64,000 nt of DNA from an uncultured Alphaproteobacteria bacterium (GTDB lineage: Bacteria > Pseudomonadota > Alphaproteobacteria > Methylaequorales > Methylaequoraceae), in contig CACAYF010000001.1 in assembly GCA_902536655.1 (NCBI GenBank), positions 39,627 through 103,626 of the forward strand, read 5' to 3'. The notes under the pieces were generated by a model. The model saw only the letters and a list, made by a program, of their open reading frames with translations. It was not told where the DNA came from and did not search any database. How positions within the stretch are numbered: the first letter of the stretch is position 1; every line of letters begins with the position of its first letter. The position numbers and the translations under genes are program-made. This document shows positions 38,575 through 47,449 of this stretch, piece by piece.

Positions 38575-39954
38575 ATGGAAAATTTATCTAAAAAAATTTC
38601 CATGAATGTTTTCAAATTTAACATTTTGAAAAATCTAAAATCAAGTACAAGATTCGGCGAAACAAGTATTTTTTCCAGAAATTTAAGTGTATTTTCAAAA
38701 AATCTTAGACTTCTTCTCAAAGAAAGAAGATTTCTTTATTTTACAAAAAAAGGGCCTATAGAAGTTGTATTCAATATTAAACACTATTTGTCAGCTATCA
38801 CAATTTTTCTGGTTTTAATCTTCAAAGTTTTTCAACTTTTATTCTTTGGTGTTTCGTCTTTTTTTTCTTATATGGTTTACAAAAATACAGTTATAAATGA
38901 ACAGAGTTTTACAGAATCTGAAATAAAAACATTAAAAAGTATTGCAAAAGGTAAAAATATTTCAGAGCAAGAAATTAATTCTGAAAAAGCAGAAATAGTA
39001 ATTAAACAACAAGATGAATTTACAAAAACGAATAATTTTCAAAATGAATTACAAGATCAATTAAGAGAAAAATTATTAAATTTAAAAAGTATGATGCGAA
39101 ATATAAAGCTTAGCTTCCCAAATGACTTGAATTATTCAGATGAAATTAAATTTGAACAATTTTCAAAACTTGCAAGTCCTGAAATGGTTGCAATAGAACA
39201 TGCCTTTGAGAACAAGTTTGATCTAACAAAACCATCAAAAGACAAAAAAGAATCATTTGCATATAGGAAGCTCCCTGTTGTACCGTTTGTTGCTCCAAGA
39301 ACAAAAAAACTTAAAATAATTAATTTTACAAAGAAAATTGATACCGAAATTTTACAACTTTTAAGTGTTTTTGAACAATTGAAACTTCAACCAGACAAAC
39401 TTGATATTATCAGGATAAACGCCTTGCTTGCTGAAAATATAAATGTAGGCGAAGATAATGAGGATTTATTGGATCATACTTCGCTGAGGTTTCAAATTTT
39501 GCAAGATCTAAAAGATGCAATTATTTATGTACCTTTAAAACCACCTATGCAATATTACTACGTGTCTAGTCCTTATGGAATCAGAGTTCATCCTAAAAGC
39601 AAAAGAAAACAAATGCATCATGGAATTGATATGGCTGGCACTTGGCAAGAAGAGGTTAGGGCACCTGCTGATGGATATGTTTCTTTTTCGGGAAGAAATG
39701 GGTCTTTTGGTAAAACTATTAAAATAGTTCATAAACATGGTGTGTCAACATTGTATGGACATCTTCATCGATTAAATGTGAAAAAAGGGATGAATGTCAC
39801 AGAGGGAGAAGTAATTGGAAAAATGGGATCAACAGGAAGAGCTGTTGGTGCGCATCTTCATTATGAAATAAAAGTTAGTGGTAAATCAGTAAATCCATAC
39901 GATTTCATTTCAGTGGGACGTGATCTGCTAAGCAGTTCAATAATTAAAAAATAA
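38575..39954 (+). CDS. M23 (LytM) family peptidoglycan endopeptidase, membrane anchored
   Basis: HHGIDMA...YGHLHR...GSTGRAVGAHLHYEI (HxxxD / HxH M23 motifs); N-terminal TM. Confidence 0.7.
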   Translation: MENLSKKISMNVFKFNILKNLKSSTRFGETSIFSRNLSVFSKNLRLLLKERRFLYFTKKGPIEVVFNIKHYLSAITIFLVLIFKVFQLLFFGVSSFFSYMVYKNTVINEQSFTESEIKTLKSIAKGKNISEQEINSEKAEIVIKQQDEFTKTNNFQNELQDQLREKLLNLKSMMRNIKLSFPNDLNYSDEIKFEQFSKLASPEMVAIEHAFENKFDLTKPSKDKKESFAYRKLPVVPFVAPRTKKLKIINFTKKIDTEILQLLSVFEQLKLQPDKLDIIRINALLAENINVGEDNEDLLDHTSLRFQILQDLKDAIIYVPLKPPMQYYYVSSPYGIRVHPKSKRKQMHHGIDMAGTWQEEVRAPADGYVSFSGRNGSFGKTIKIVHKHGVSTLYGHLHRLNVKKGMNVTEGEVIGKMGSTGRAVGAHLHYEIKVSGKSVNPYDFISVGRDLLSSSIIKK

Positions 39955-39990
39955 ATTAAAGTTTGGCACTTAAATTGCTGATTAAAATGC

Positions 39991-40611
39991 ATGAGATTAT
40001 TTTTAGCCGTTTTATTATGCTTTTTAATATTTACATTACTTGAATCAAAAGAACTTGAATCAAAAGAATTAGATAATTGTAACTATTTAACTGAAAAGTA
40101 CGGAAAAATTTATAATCTTCCCAATAAACTATTAACTTCTATTGCACTTGTTGAGTCAGGGATCAAAAAGAACGAATTTAAGTCATGGCCATGGACACTA
40201 AATGTTTCCGGAAAATCAATGTATTTTGATAATAAATTAGAAACCTTAGAATATTTAAAAAGTAATATAAGCTCTAAAAAAAGTATCGACGTCGGTTGCA
40301 TGCAAATTAACACAAGATACCACTTAAAAAATTTTAAAGATTTGTCTCATTTAGTCGAGCCTGAAGAAAACGTGAAGTACGCTGCAATTTATCTTCGTAA
40401 ACTTTTTAAAAAATATAAATCGTGGAACGAAGCAGTTTCAAGATATCATTCATCAATTCCAAAACGAAAGAAAAATTATCTTAAAAAAGTTCGTACATAT
40501 TGGAATGATTTAAGACAACAGAAAATAGTTATAGATAATAATTATATCAGCCATGATGAGGCAGAAAAAATAAAATTTTTTAGAGAAATACTAAAAAAAG
40601 AAAATACTTAA
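39991..40611 (+). CDS. Lytic transglycosylase, SLT-domain (secreted)
   Basis: Signal peptide; IALVESG...DVGCMQIN SLT catalytic Glu and motif II. Confidence 0.5.
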   Translation: MRLFLAVLLCFLIFTLLESKELESKELDNCNYLTEKYGKIYNLPNKLLTSIALVESGIKKNEFKSWPWTLNVSGKSMYFDNKLETLEYLKSNISSKKSIDVGCMQINTRYHLKNFKDLSHLVEPEENVKYAAIYLRKLFKKYKSWNEAVSRYHSSIPKRKKNYLKKVRTYWNDLRQQKIVIDNNYISHDEAEKIKFFREILKKENT

Positions 40612-40615
40612 GATT

Positions 40616-40828
40616 TTGGCAAAGTATTTGCACACATATTTTATGAAGGAGAAAAAAATGAATAAATATATATGTTCACGCGATATTAAAGATAATATTA
40701 TTAATTCTAACCCAGTTATTAAAATTACTCATTTTGAAAATGATAAAAGTGTTAAAACTGATGTTTACCCAATTTCACATTTCTTGGATAAATCTTCTAG
40801 AGAAATTAAAACGATAGTATATTCCTAA
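40616..40828 (+). CDS. hypothetical protein (70 aa)
   Basis: ORF only. Confidence 0.2.
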   Translation: MAKYLHTYFMKEKKMNKYICSRDIKDNIINSNPVIKITHFENDKSVKTDVYPISHFLDKSSREIKTIVYS

Positions 40829-40933
40829 TAAAAGAAATAAAACATTTTCAAAACACATTTTTATTGGATTATATATATACTAGATTGAATTTTAAAGAAA
40901 ATAAGAGAATTTATAAATTTTATCAATTCCAAA

Positions 40934-42394
40934 CTACATATTCATACTTTGAATTTTCATAATTTTTCTTCTAACTGAGGAGGCTGGTATATTTAGTAAC
41001 TCCCTGTATTTTGCTACAGTTCTTCTAGCTAAATCAATTCCTTCATCTTGAAGTTTCTCTACTAACATTTCGTCACTCAATGGACTGTTAACTGGTTCAC
41101 TACTAATCAATTTTTTTAGAGATTCTCTCACTGATTCTGCTGAATGAGTTTCACCTTTCTTAGTACTACTTATGGAGGCACTAAAAAATAGTTTCATTTC
41201 AAAAACACCCCTTGGTGTTAGCATTAATTTATCTGATGTAACTCTACTGACTGTGCTTTCATGCATATTTATTTTTTTTGCTACATCTTTAAGAACCATT
41301 GGTTTAAGATATTTTTTTCCCTTTTCAAAAAATTCCTTTTGTTGGTTAACAATTTCTGAACTAATTTTAAGCGTTGTTACATTTCTCTGTTGAATTGCTT
41401 TAAGTAACCATCTTGCAGAATTTAAAGATTCATTAATAAACTTTTTATCTGATTCTCCACAATTAAGTCTTCCTATTTCTTTCACGTAGTCTTCATTAAT
41501 ATTAATTTTTGGAAGTGTGCTATTATTTAATTCCACCGCCCAATCAGAATTATTTTTTGTTACAATTACATCTGGATGAAAAATATTGTCATTATCCATC
41601 GAATATTTGCTACCAGGTTTTGGGTTTAGAGATCTTATAAGCCTAATTTCTTCTTTGAGTTTTTCTTCTTTTAATCCTGTAAGTTTTTGAAGACCTTTAA
41701 TATTTCCACTTCCAAGTAAATCAATATTATCAATAAGAATCTCTTTTTTTGAATCAAAGTTGTTTTCGTTTATTAGTTGAATTTTTAGGCACTCTTTCAA
41801 ATTTCTAGCAAACACCCCATTAGGCTCAAAAAATTGCATTCGTTCTAGAACTTTTTCAATTTTGTTTAATTTAAATCCACTAAACTCTTCAATAGTTTCC
41901 AATTTTTCTGTGATCCAACCATTTTCGTCAATATAGTCAATTAATATTGTTGCAATATTCTTATCTTCATCATCCTTGAATTCAAGATCCGCTTGATTAT
42001 TCAAAATGGACTTTAAAGAAATTTTGTTGCTAAGTGTTTGTTCTATTACACTTCCAACGTCAACACTTTCTTTTGACGTATGCTTTCTATTAAATTCAAA
42101 AGTTGCATCGTTATCCCACCTATTTTCAAAATCATCGTTACGAGGTTCATCTGCAATTGATTCACCATTTTTGAAAGATTCGTCTAATTCATCAGTTTTT
42201 TCCATGTTTTGATTGTCTTGATTCTCTAGTACTTCGCTCTCATTTTCCAAAAATGGATTCTCTTCTATCTCTTTGTTCACTAGATTTGTTAATTCTAAAT
42301 TATTTAACTGAAGCAATTTAATTGCTTGTTGTAACTGAGGAGTCATAACTAAAGATTGACTCTGTTTTAATTTAAGATTCTGTGAAATTTGCAT
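40934..42394 (-). CDS. rpoN: RNA polymerase sigma-54 factor
   Basis: N-terminal LKQSQSLVMTPQLQQAIKLLQLNNLEL; C-terminal RpoN box ARRTVAKYRE. Confidence 0.85.
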   Translation of the reverse strand: MQISQNLKLKQSQSLVMTPQLQQAIKLLQLNNLELTNLVNKEIEENPFLENESEVLENQDNQNMEKTDELDESFKNGESIADEPRNDDFENRWDNDATFEFNRKHTSKESVDVGSVIEQTLSNKISLKSILNNQADLEFKDDEDKNIATILIDYIDENGWITEKLETIEEFSGFKLNKIEKVLERMQFFEPNGVFARNLKECLKIQLINENNFDSKKEILIDNIDLLGSGNIKGLQKLTGLKEEKLKEEIRLIRSLNPKPGSKYSMDNDNIFHPDVIVTKNNSDWAVELNNSTLPKININEDYVKEIGRLNCGESDKKFINESLNSARWLLKAIQQRNVTTLKISSEIVNQQKEFFEKGKKYLKPMVLKDVAKKINMHESTVSRVTSDKLMLTPRGVFEMKLFFSASISSTKKGETHSAESVRESLKKLISSEPVNSPLSDEMLVEKLQDEGIDLARRTVAKYRELLNIPASSVRRKIMKIQSMNM

Positions 42395-42534
42395 AATACT
42401 TTTCCTTTCGTTATTATTTCACAATTTTTTTGTTAGAAATGCAAAACTTTAATTTGACACTTCAACTGAGTCAGATACTTGACACCATTATTTATTAAAA
42501 AAGCAATTAATAAATTTCTCATTTATGTTGATAA

Positions 42535-43161
42535 ATGCTGGCTTATTTGAGTAAATATTCTATTATAACCCTAATGATAAAAGTTTTACCATTGTTGCTT
42601 ATTCCACCGCTTTTTTTAATATTTTTTTTGAACGTTGAAAATCTGACAGTTAAATTAGATAGTAAATTCCAATTTAAAAAGATATCTGAAATTAATACAA
42701 ATGAAGGTGTTCAAAATAAAAAAGATGAAGAAATAAAAATTTCAAATGAAAATTTAAATAAAAACAATGAAACAAAATTAGATAATTCTTCAAAAGATTC
42801 TGAACCTGTGCTGATAAAAGGGAACTCATCTAAATCAAAAACTGATTTAAATGATACCAAGAATAATCAGACAACTAATAAAATTCCAGAAATTAAAACT
42901 AAACCCACTCTGATAGTTAGTGATAGTTTTTTTAAAATTCAATTTGGTGCATTTTCGAAATTAAAGAATGCTGAAATACAAAAACTAAAAATACTAAAAT
43001 TAATGTCCGAAAAGTTTCCAGATTTTGAGAAAAAATTTCGAATTTTGGAAGAAAATAATTTGTTCAAACTTATTTATAAAGCCGAGAATTCTTCTAGTAG
43101 TGAATTAATATGCAAATATTCAAAATCTGTAAGAATTAACTGTTTAATTTTGAAAAGATGA
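42535..43161 (+). CDS. SPOR-domain (peptidoglycan-binding) secreted protein
   Basis: N-terminal signal/TM; C-terminal FKIQFGAFSKLKNAE...FKLIYKAENSS resembles the SPOR fold. Confidence 0.4.
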   Translation: MLAYLSKYSIITLMIKVLPLLLIPPLFLIFFLNVENLTVKLDSKFQFKKISEINTNEGVQNKKDEEIKISNENLNKNNETKLDNSSKDSEPVLIKGNSSKSKTDLNDTKNNQTTNKIPEIKTKPTLIVSDSFFKIQFGAFSKLKNAEIQKLKILKLMSEKFPDFEKKFRILEENNLFKLIYKAENSSSSELICKYSKSVRINCLILKR

Positions 43162-43358
43162 AAAACTGCAGAATATGTTCTTTCATAAGATATTTTTTAG
43201 CTTTTGTTCTGTTATTGATTATTATTTCGCTGACTTTTAAAGACAATCTAAGTTATCTTTCGTTTGTTACACCATGGAATGCAGCAATATTAATATTTGG
43301 TGTAGGTTGTGGTCTATTTTTATTTAAATTAATTGAGTATTTAAATCAGAAAGATTAA
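43158..43358 (+). CDS. small membrane protein (66 aa)
   Basis: Two hydrophobic segments. Confidence 0.2.
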   Translation: MKNCRICSFIRYFLAFVLLLIIISLTFKDNLSYLSFVTPWNAAILIFGVGCGLFLFKLIEYLNQKD

Positions 43359-43855
43359 CGATCTCTTACGAATCTTACAAATAATTCCTTCTCAGGTACA
43401 AACCTTCCGTAAGAATGTCCTGTAAAGAAGTTTACTGACCAAAAAAACTTAGGTGACCACCAATTTCTTTGAGAAGTCCAGAAAGGTTCAGCCGGTGTGT
43501 TAGGAAAAAAAGTTTTGTCTATCTTTGCTCCCTCGCAATTTTTACAAATTAAGCTTTCTAGCTCTTTTCTAGAGGGCAACCTCCACTCACCTTCAATTTG
43601 CTCATTAAGTAAATTATTAGCCTCTTCTGCAGATTTTAAATCCAATTTAACAGCAGCTCCAAGACATTCTTGTTTGTTGTCGCTCCATTGTTGACCTGTT
43701 GTACATTTTAGCCACTCAAGTTTATTTTTTAAATCTATAACGTAATACCCTTTGTCTATGAAGTTAGATGCAAAGACATTATTATTAAAAAATAGTAGGA
43801 AAAAACATATAAAAAGTTGCTTTTTAATCATATCTGTATAATACAATAAATACAT
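43355..43855 (-). CDS. DUF1566 (Lcl C-terminal domain)-like secreted protein
   Basis: Signal peptide; W...C...EWRLPSRKELESL pattern of DUF1566. Confidence 0.4.
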   Translation of the reverse strand: MYLLYYTDMIKKQLFICFFLLFFNNNVFASNFIDKGYYVIDLKNKLEWLKCTTGQQWSDNKQECLGAAVKLDLKSAEEANNLLNEQIEGEWRLPSRKELESLICKNCEGAKIDKTFFPNTPAEPFWTSQRNWWSPKFFWSVNFFTGHSYGRFVPEKELFVRFVRDR

Positions 43856-43880
43856 AAATTTATAAAAATATTTTCTATTT

Positions 43881-43896
43881 TGGTATTAAAGTTGCA
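43881..43896 (+). promoter_or_regulatory. Candidate sigma-54 (-24/-12) promoter upstream of motA
   Basis: TGGTAT-N5-TTGCA with GG and GC at consensus spacing, ~50 nt upstream of the motA ATG; G/C dinucleotides are rare in this AT-rich intergenic region. Confidence 0.4.
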
Positions 43897-43946
43897 GAAT
43901 TAACACCAAAATATTAATTATATATTAGATGTAAATGGAAAAATAA

Positions 43947-44720
43947 ATGGATTTAGCTACAATAATTGGTTTTCTTGGTACAATTGGCATGATTGCTGGC
44001 GCAATGATTTCAGCTGGAGGTTTGGGCTCATACATTGATGTCCCTTCAATTTTAATAGTTTTTGGTGGTTCTTTTTTTGCTGTAATGTATACAGCACCTT
44101 TACCAGTTTATCTTGGTTCTTTCGGAGCTTTTGGTAAAGCTTTTAAACCACCTGTAAAAAAAATGGACGAACTTATTGAAAGAATAGTAGAGCTAGCAGG
44201 TATTGCAAGAAAAGATGGGATGATGGCATTAGAAGGACAAGAAACTCCAGATCCATTTTTTGACAACGGTCTTCAAATGCTAGTAGACGGAGCAGATGAG
44301 TCAAAACTTACTGTACAATTAAAAAAAGAACTTAAGGCAATGCAAGGTCGACATGAAAAAAATATTGGGTGTGCCCAATCTTGGGTAGATATAGCACCTG
44401 CAATGGGAATGATTGGAACTTTGGTTGGATTGGTTGCGATGCTTGGTAATATGGCAGATCCTAAAGCAATTGGTCCTGCAATGGCTGTTGCTCTTTTGAC
44501 TACACTTTACGGGGCTATGATAGCAAATACTATTTTTATGCCCATAGTAATAAAATTAAAAGGCTATTCAGCCTACGAAACAACTTACAGAGAAATGATT
44601 ATTACAGGATTACAATTTATTTCCAGAGGAGAGAGCCCAAGAAATATTCAGGATCAACTTGTTGCGAATCTTCCACCTAAAGAAAAGCAAAAACTTCTGG
44701 AAGCTGCAGCTGGAGGTTAA
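43947..44720 (+). CDS. motA: Flagellar motor stator protein MotA/PomA
   Basis: 4TM MotA/TolQ/ExbB family; 257 aa. Confidence 0.8.
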   Translation: MDLATIIGFLGTIGMIAGAMISAGGLGSYIDVPSILIVFGGSFFAVMYTAPLPVYLGSFGAFGKAFKPPVKKMDELIERIVELAGIARKDGMMALEGQETPDPFFDNGLQMLVDGADESKLTVQLKKELKAMQGRHEKNIGCAQSWVDIAPAMGMIGTLVGLVAMLGNMADPKAIGPAMAVALLTTLYGAMIANTIFMPIVIKLKGYSAYETTYREMIITGLQFISRGESPRNIQDQLVANLPPKEKQKLLEAAAGG

Positions 44721-44730
44721 AGTTTGAATC

Positions 44731-45915
44731 ATGGCTGAGGAAAAAACTGAAAATCAACAGACATCAAATGAAGAGGAGGAACATGAATGTCCCGAATGTC
44801 CTCCAAAAGGAGCGCCTGCTTGGATGGCAACTTTTGCTGACATGGCAACACTGTTGATGGCTTTTTTTGTTTTAATCCTATCTTTCGCAGAATTTAATGT
44901 CCCAAAATTTAAACAAATAAGTGGAAGTATGAAGAATGCTTTTGGGATACAAAGAGTTATTCCAGTTGTTGAACCACCTAAAGGAACAACAATATTATCT
45001 TTAAATTTCAGTCCGAACCCGACTCCCGCGGTTCAAGAAAATTTAAAACAACAAACAACAGAGACTGATCAACCTAAAGTAGAACTTCAAACTAAGAAAG
45101 AAGATAATACTAAGGATGATGGTGAAACTGAGGACGCAAAAGAACTTGCCAAAAATATTCAAGAAGCTATTGCAAGAGGTGATATAACCGTCGAAGCATT
45201 GGGGAGTAAAGTTGTTGTTAACTTTACACCAACAGAAGCTGACGAGAAAGAACTACCTCAACTACTTCAAGAGACTTTAAATGCTGTGGAATCTGTAAAG
45301 GCTGCATCGGGAAAATCAGATTCTGAAATTTTAATTGGTGGCTTAGAAAAGCAGCTGGCTGATCTTGCAACTGCATCTTCTCAAAAAGGTAAAAATGAGG
45401 CTGAAGGTGAAGATGGAGAAAGTGTAGGTCAATCTGAACAAAGCCAATCAGCTAAGGAGGAGGCTAAAAAAGCAGAGCTGGCTGAGGACAAATTAAAAAT
45501 TGCACTAAAACAAGAAATTGGGGAAGGCCTTGTAAATGTTGATAGAGAAGACGATAAAGTGATAATAACTGTTGGGTCTGCTGGTGCGTTCAAGTCAGGA
45601 TCTGCTGAACTTACTAATAAGGCAAGAGAGATAATGTCTAAAATAGCAGAACAAAATAAAAAAGGTAGAAGTGAGATATTGGTGATGGGTCATACGGACA
45701 ACGTGCCACTTACATTTGGGTCAAATTATAGAGACAATTGGGATCTCGCAGCAGCAAGATCTGCCTCAGTGGTTCAACAATTATCAAGAAATGATATTCT
45801 CGACCCAAAAAGAATGAAGGCCATAAGTTACGGAGAGACAAGACCAGTAGAGTCAAATGATACCACTCAGGGAAGAGCCAAAAATAGAAGAATTGAAATC
45901 GAGATAAATTATTAA
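44731..45915 (+). CDS. motB: Flagellar motor stator protein MotB (OmpA-like C-terminus; long E/K-rich linker)
   Basis: TM with conserved Asp (WMATFADMATLLMAFFVL); C-terminal OmpA motif ILVMGHTDNVP...NWDLAAARSASVVQ...NRRIEI. Confidence 0.8.
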   Translation: MAEEKTENQQTSNEEEEHECPECPPKGAPAWMATFADMATLLMAFFVLILSFAEFNVPKFKQISGSMKNAFGIQRVIPVVEPPKGTTILSLNFSPNPTPAVQENLKQQTTETDQPKVELQTKKEDNTKDDGETEDAKELAKNIQEAIARGDITVEALGSKVVVNFTPTEADEKELPQLLQETLNAVESVKAASGKSDSEILIGGLEKQLADLATASSQKGKNEAEGEDGESVGQSEQSQSAKEEAKKAELAEDKLKIALKQEIGEGLVNVDREDDKVIITVGSAGAFKSGSAELTNKAREIMSKIAEQNKKGRSEILVMGHTDNVPLTFGSNYRDNWDLAAARSASVVQQLSRNDILDPKRMKAISYGETRPVESNDTTQGRAKNRRIEIEINY

Positions 45916-45916
45916 G

Positions 45917-46840
45917 ATGAGAATAGAAAACAGTCCATTTCATATTTCTAAAAATAAGGTTCCCCTTGTAAAAGAAAATAAAGGACCTAACAATCAACAC
46001 CTCTTAAATGATAAGAAGGCTAATGGAGCCGAAAAAGACGATTTCTCTTTTTGGGATTGGTTTAGAGGGTTGGTAAACCCTTTCCAAAACCTCCCAATTA
46101 TAAGTGGAATATATTCAAGCATTAATTCTGATGATAGTAAATCCGATAGAGACTTGATTCAAAATAGTCTCGGTGGTTTTATGTATGGTGGTCCTATTGG
46201 CGCGATTGCAGGTTTTGGGAATTGGGTTTTTAATAAAATATTTGATAAAACGCCGTCAGAACTAGCGCTTGATGCTTCAGGAATAAGCAATCTTTGGAAA
46301 GACGATAAGAAAAAAGAGAGTCAGATTGCAGAAAATAATAAAATAGATGATGACAGAAATTCCTCAGTGGTTATTTCTAATAAAAATAATTACGGAGAGT
46401 GGTGGAAAGGCAACCAAAAACCTGGCATCAAAAATTATTTAGCATCTAGTAAAAATAATTTTGAAAAAACTAACTTCTCCAACTTCAAAAATATAGATAT
46501 CGAAAATAAAAATAAGTCTATTGAAAGAAATATTAACAAATATTCGACCAAACCAGTTGTTTTGGAAAATAAACAAAATATCACTTTAGCTTTTGATGGA
46601 AAGTCTGAGTTAGTAAAAATAAATAATCAAATCTCTGGGTCTATTGATAACAAAAACGAAAATAAAAAGTCCAAAAAAGTAAAATTTGGAGAAATCAATT
46701 TTAATTATCCGAGCTGGAGTCCAGGCTCTATTGAAGTTGACAAAAATAAAAATGATTTGAAAAGCAAAGATTCAATTAATAAGAAATATATGGATCTTAA
46801 AAATGGAAATATTGGATCAAACTTAAATCTGAAACTTTAA
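45917..46840 (+). CDS. hypothetical N/K-rich protein co-transcribed with motAB
   Basis: Starts 1 nt after the motB stop; Gly-rich hydrophobic patch LGGFMYGGPIGAIAGFGNWVF. Confidence 0.3.
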   Translation: MRIENSPFHISKNKVPLVKENKGPNNQHLLNDKKANGAEKDDFSFWDWFRGLVNPFQNLPIISGIYSSINSDDSKSDRDLIQNSLGGFMYGGPIGAIAGFGNWVFNKIFDKTPSELALDASGISNLWKDDKKKESQIAENNKIDDDRNSSVVISNKNNYGEWWKGNQKPGIKNYLASSKNNFEKTNFSNFKNIDIENKNKSIERNINKYSTKPVVLENKQNITLAFDGKSELVKINNQISGSIDNKNENKKSKKVKFGEINFNYPSWSPGSIEVDKNKNDLKSKDSINKKYMDLKNGNIGSNLNLKL

Positions 46841-47440
46841 TCACTCGTATTCAAGTTCTTCGTTTTTATATTTTTCAAAATATTCGTTACCCAGAATTTC
46901 CTTTATCTTTTCAATTGTAAGATCGTTGATTTTAGAGGAGTATAACTCGTGCATTTCAGAACATTTTCTGGAAACCGCGTTTGCAACCCCTTGAGATATA
47001 AAATCATTTTCAAGTGCTGTTCTTGCTCTTGTAGTTGCCTCAGATTTAGCCTTTGTGAGTCTAGCTAAACCTGAATTTTTTTTTCTATTTAAATCGTCGA
47101 CAACTTCCATTAGTTGTTTGTAGCTGGGTTCTGGTAGGTCAATGTTAATGAATTGTCCATCAACTTCGTAATTAAACTCTACTTCATCAACTTTTTCAGT
47201 TAAAAGGGGTATGTGATCTGTATTAAAAACTAAGATTTGTACTACATTTTCATTTTCTGTTTTCTTTATATCTCCTACATCAACTAACCTTCTTGGCTTA
47301 CCTTGGATGTTGATACGTATACCTTTAAGTGTACTTAAGTTTGCATCTGCTGATTTTACTTCTTGAATTACTTCTGTATAATCCTCGATTGCTGCTTTCA
47401 TTAAAGTTTCTGCTTGTATTGTATATTTATCTGCAACCAT
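46841..47440 (-). CDS. hypothetical soluble protein (199 aa)
   Basis: ORF; co-directional and tightly packed with the genes downstream of flhB. Confidence 0.3.
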   Translation of the reverse strand: MVADKYTIQAETLMKAAIEDYTEVIQEVKSADANLSTLKGIRINIQGKPRRLVDVGDIKKTENENVVQILVFNTDHIPLLTEKVDEVEFNYEVDGQFINIDLPEPSYKQLMEVVDDLNRKKNSGLARLTKAKSEATTRARTALENDFISQGVANAVSRKCSEMHELYSSKINDLTIEKIKEILGNEYFEKYKNEELEYE

Positions 47441-47449
47441 AAAATGATT

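Noticed and set aside
40016-40080. Direct repeat GAATCAAAAGAACTTGAATCAAAAGAATTA (ESKELESKEL) at the start of the SLT gene.
   Set aside because: A single short tandem duplication within a signal-peptide-proximal linker; no extended array and no regulatory implication evident.
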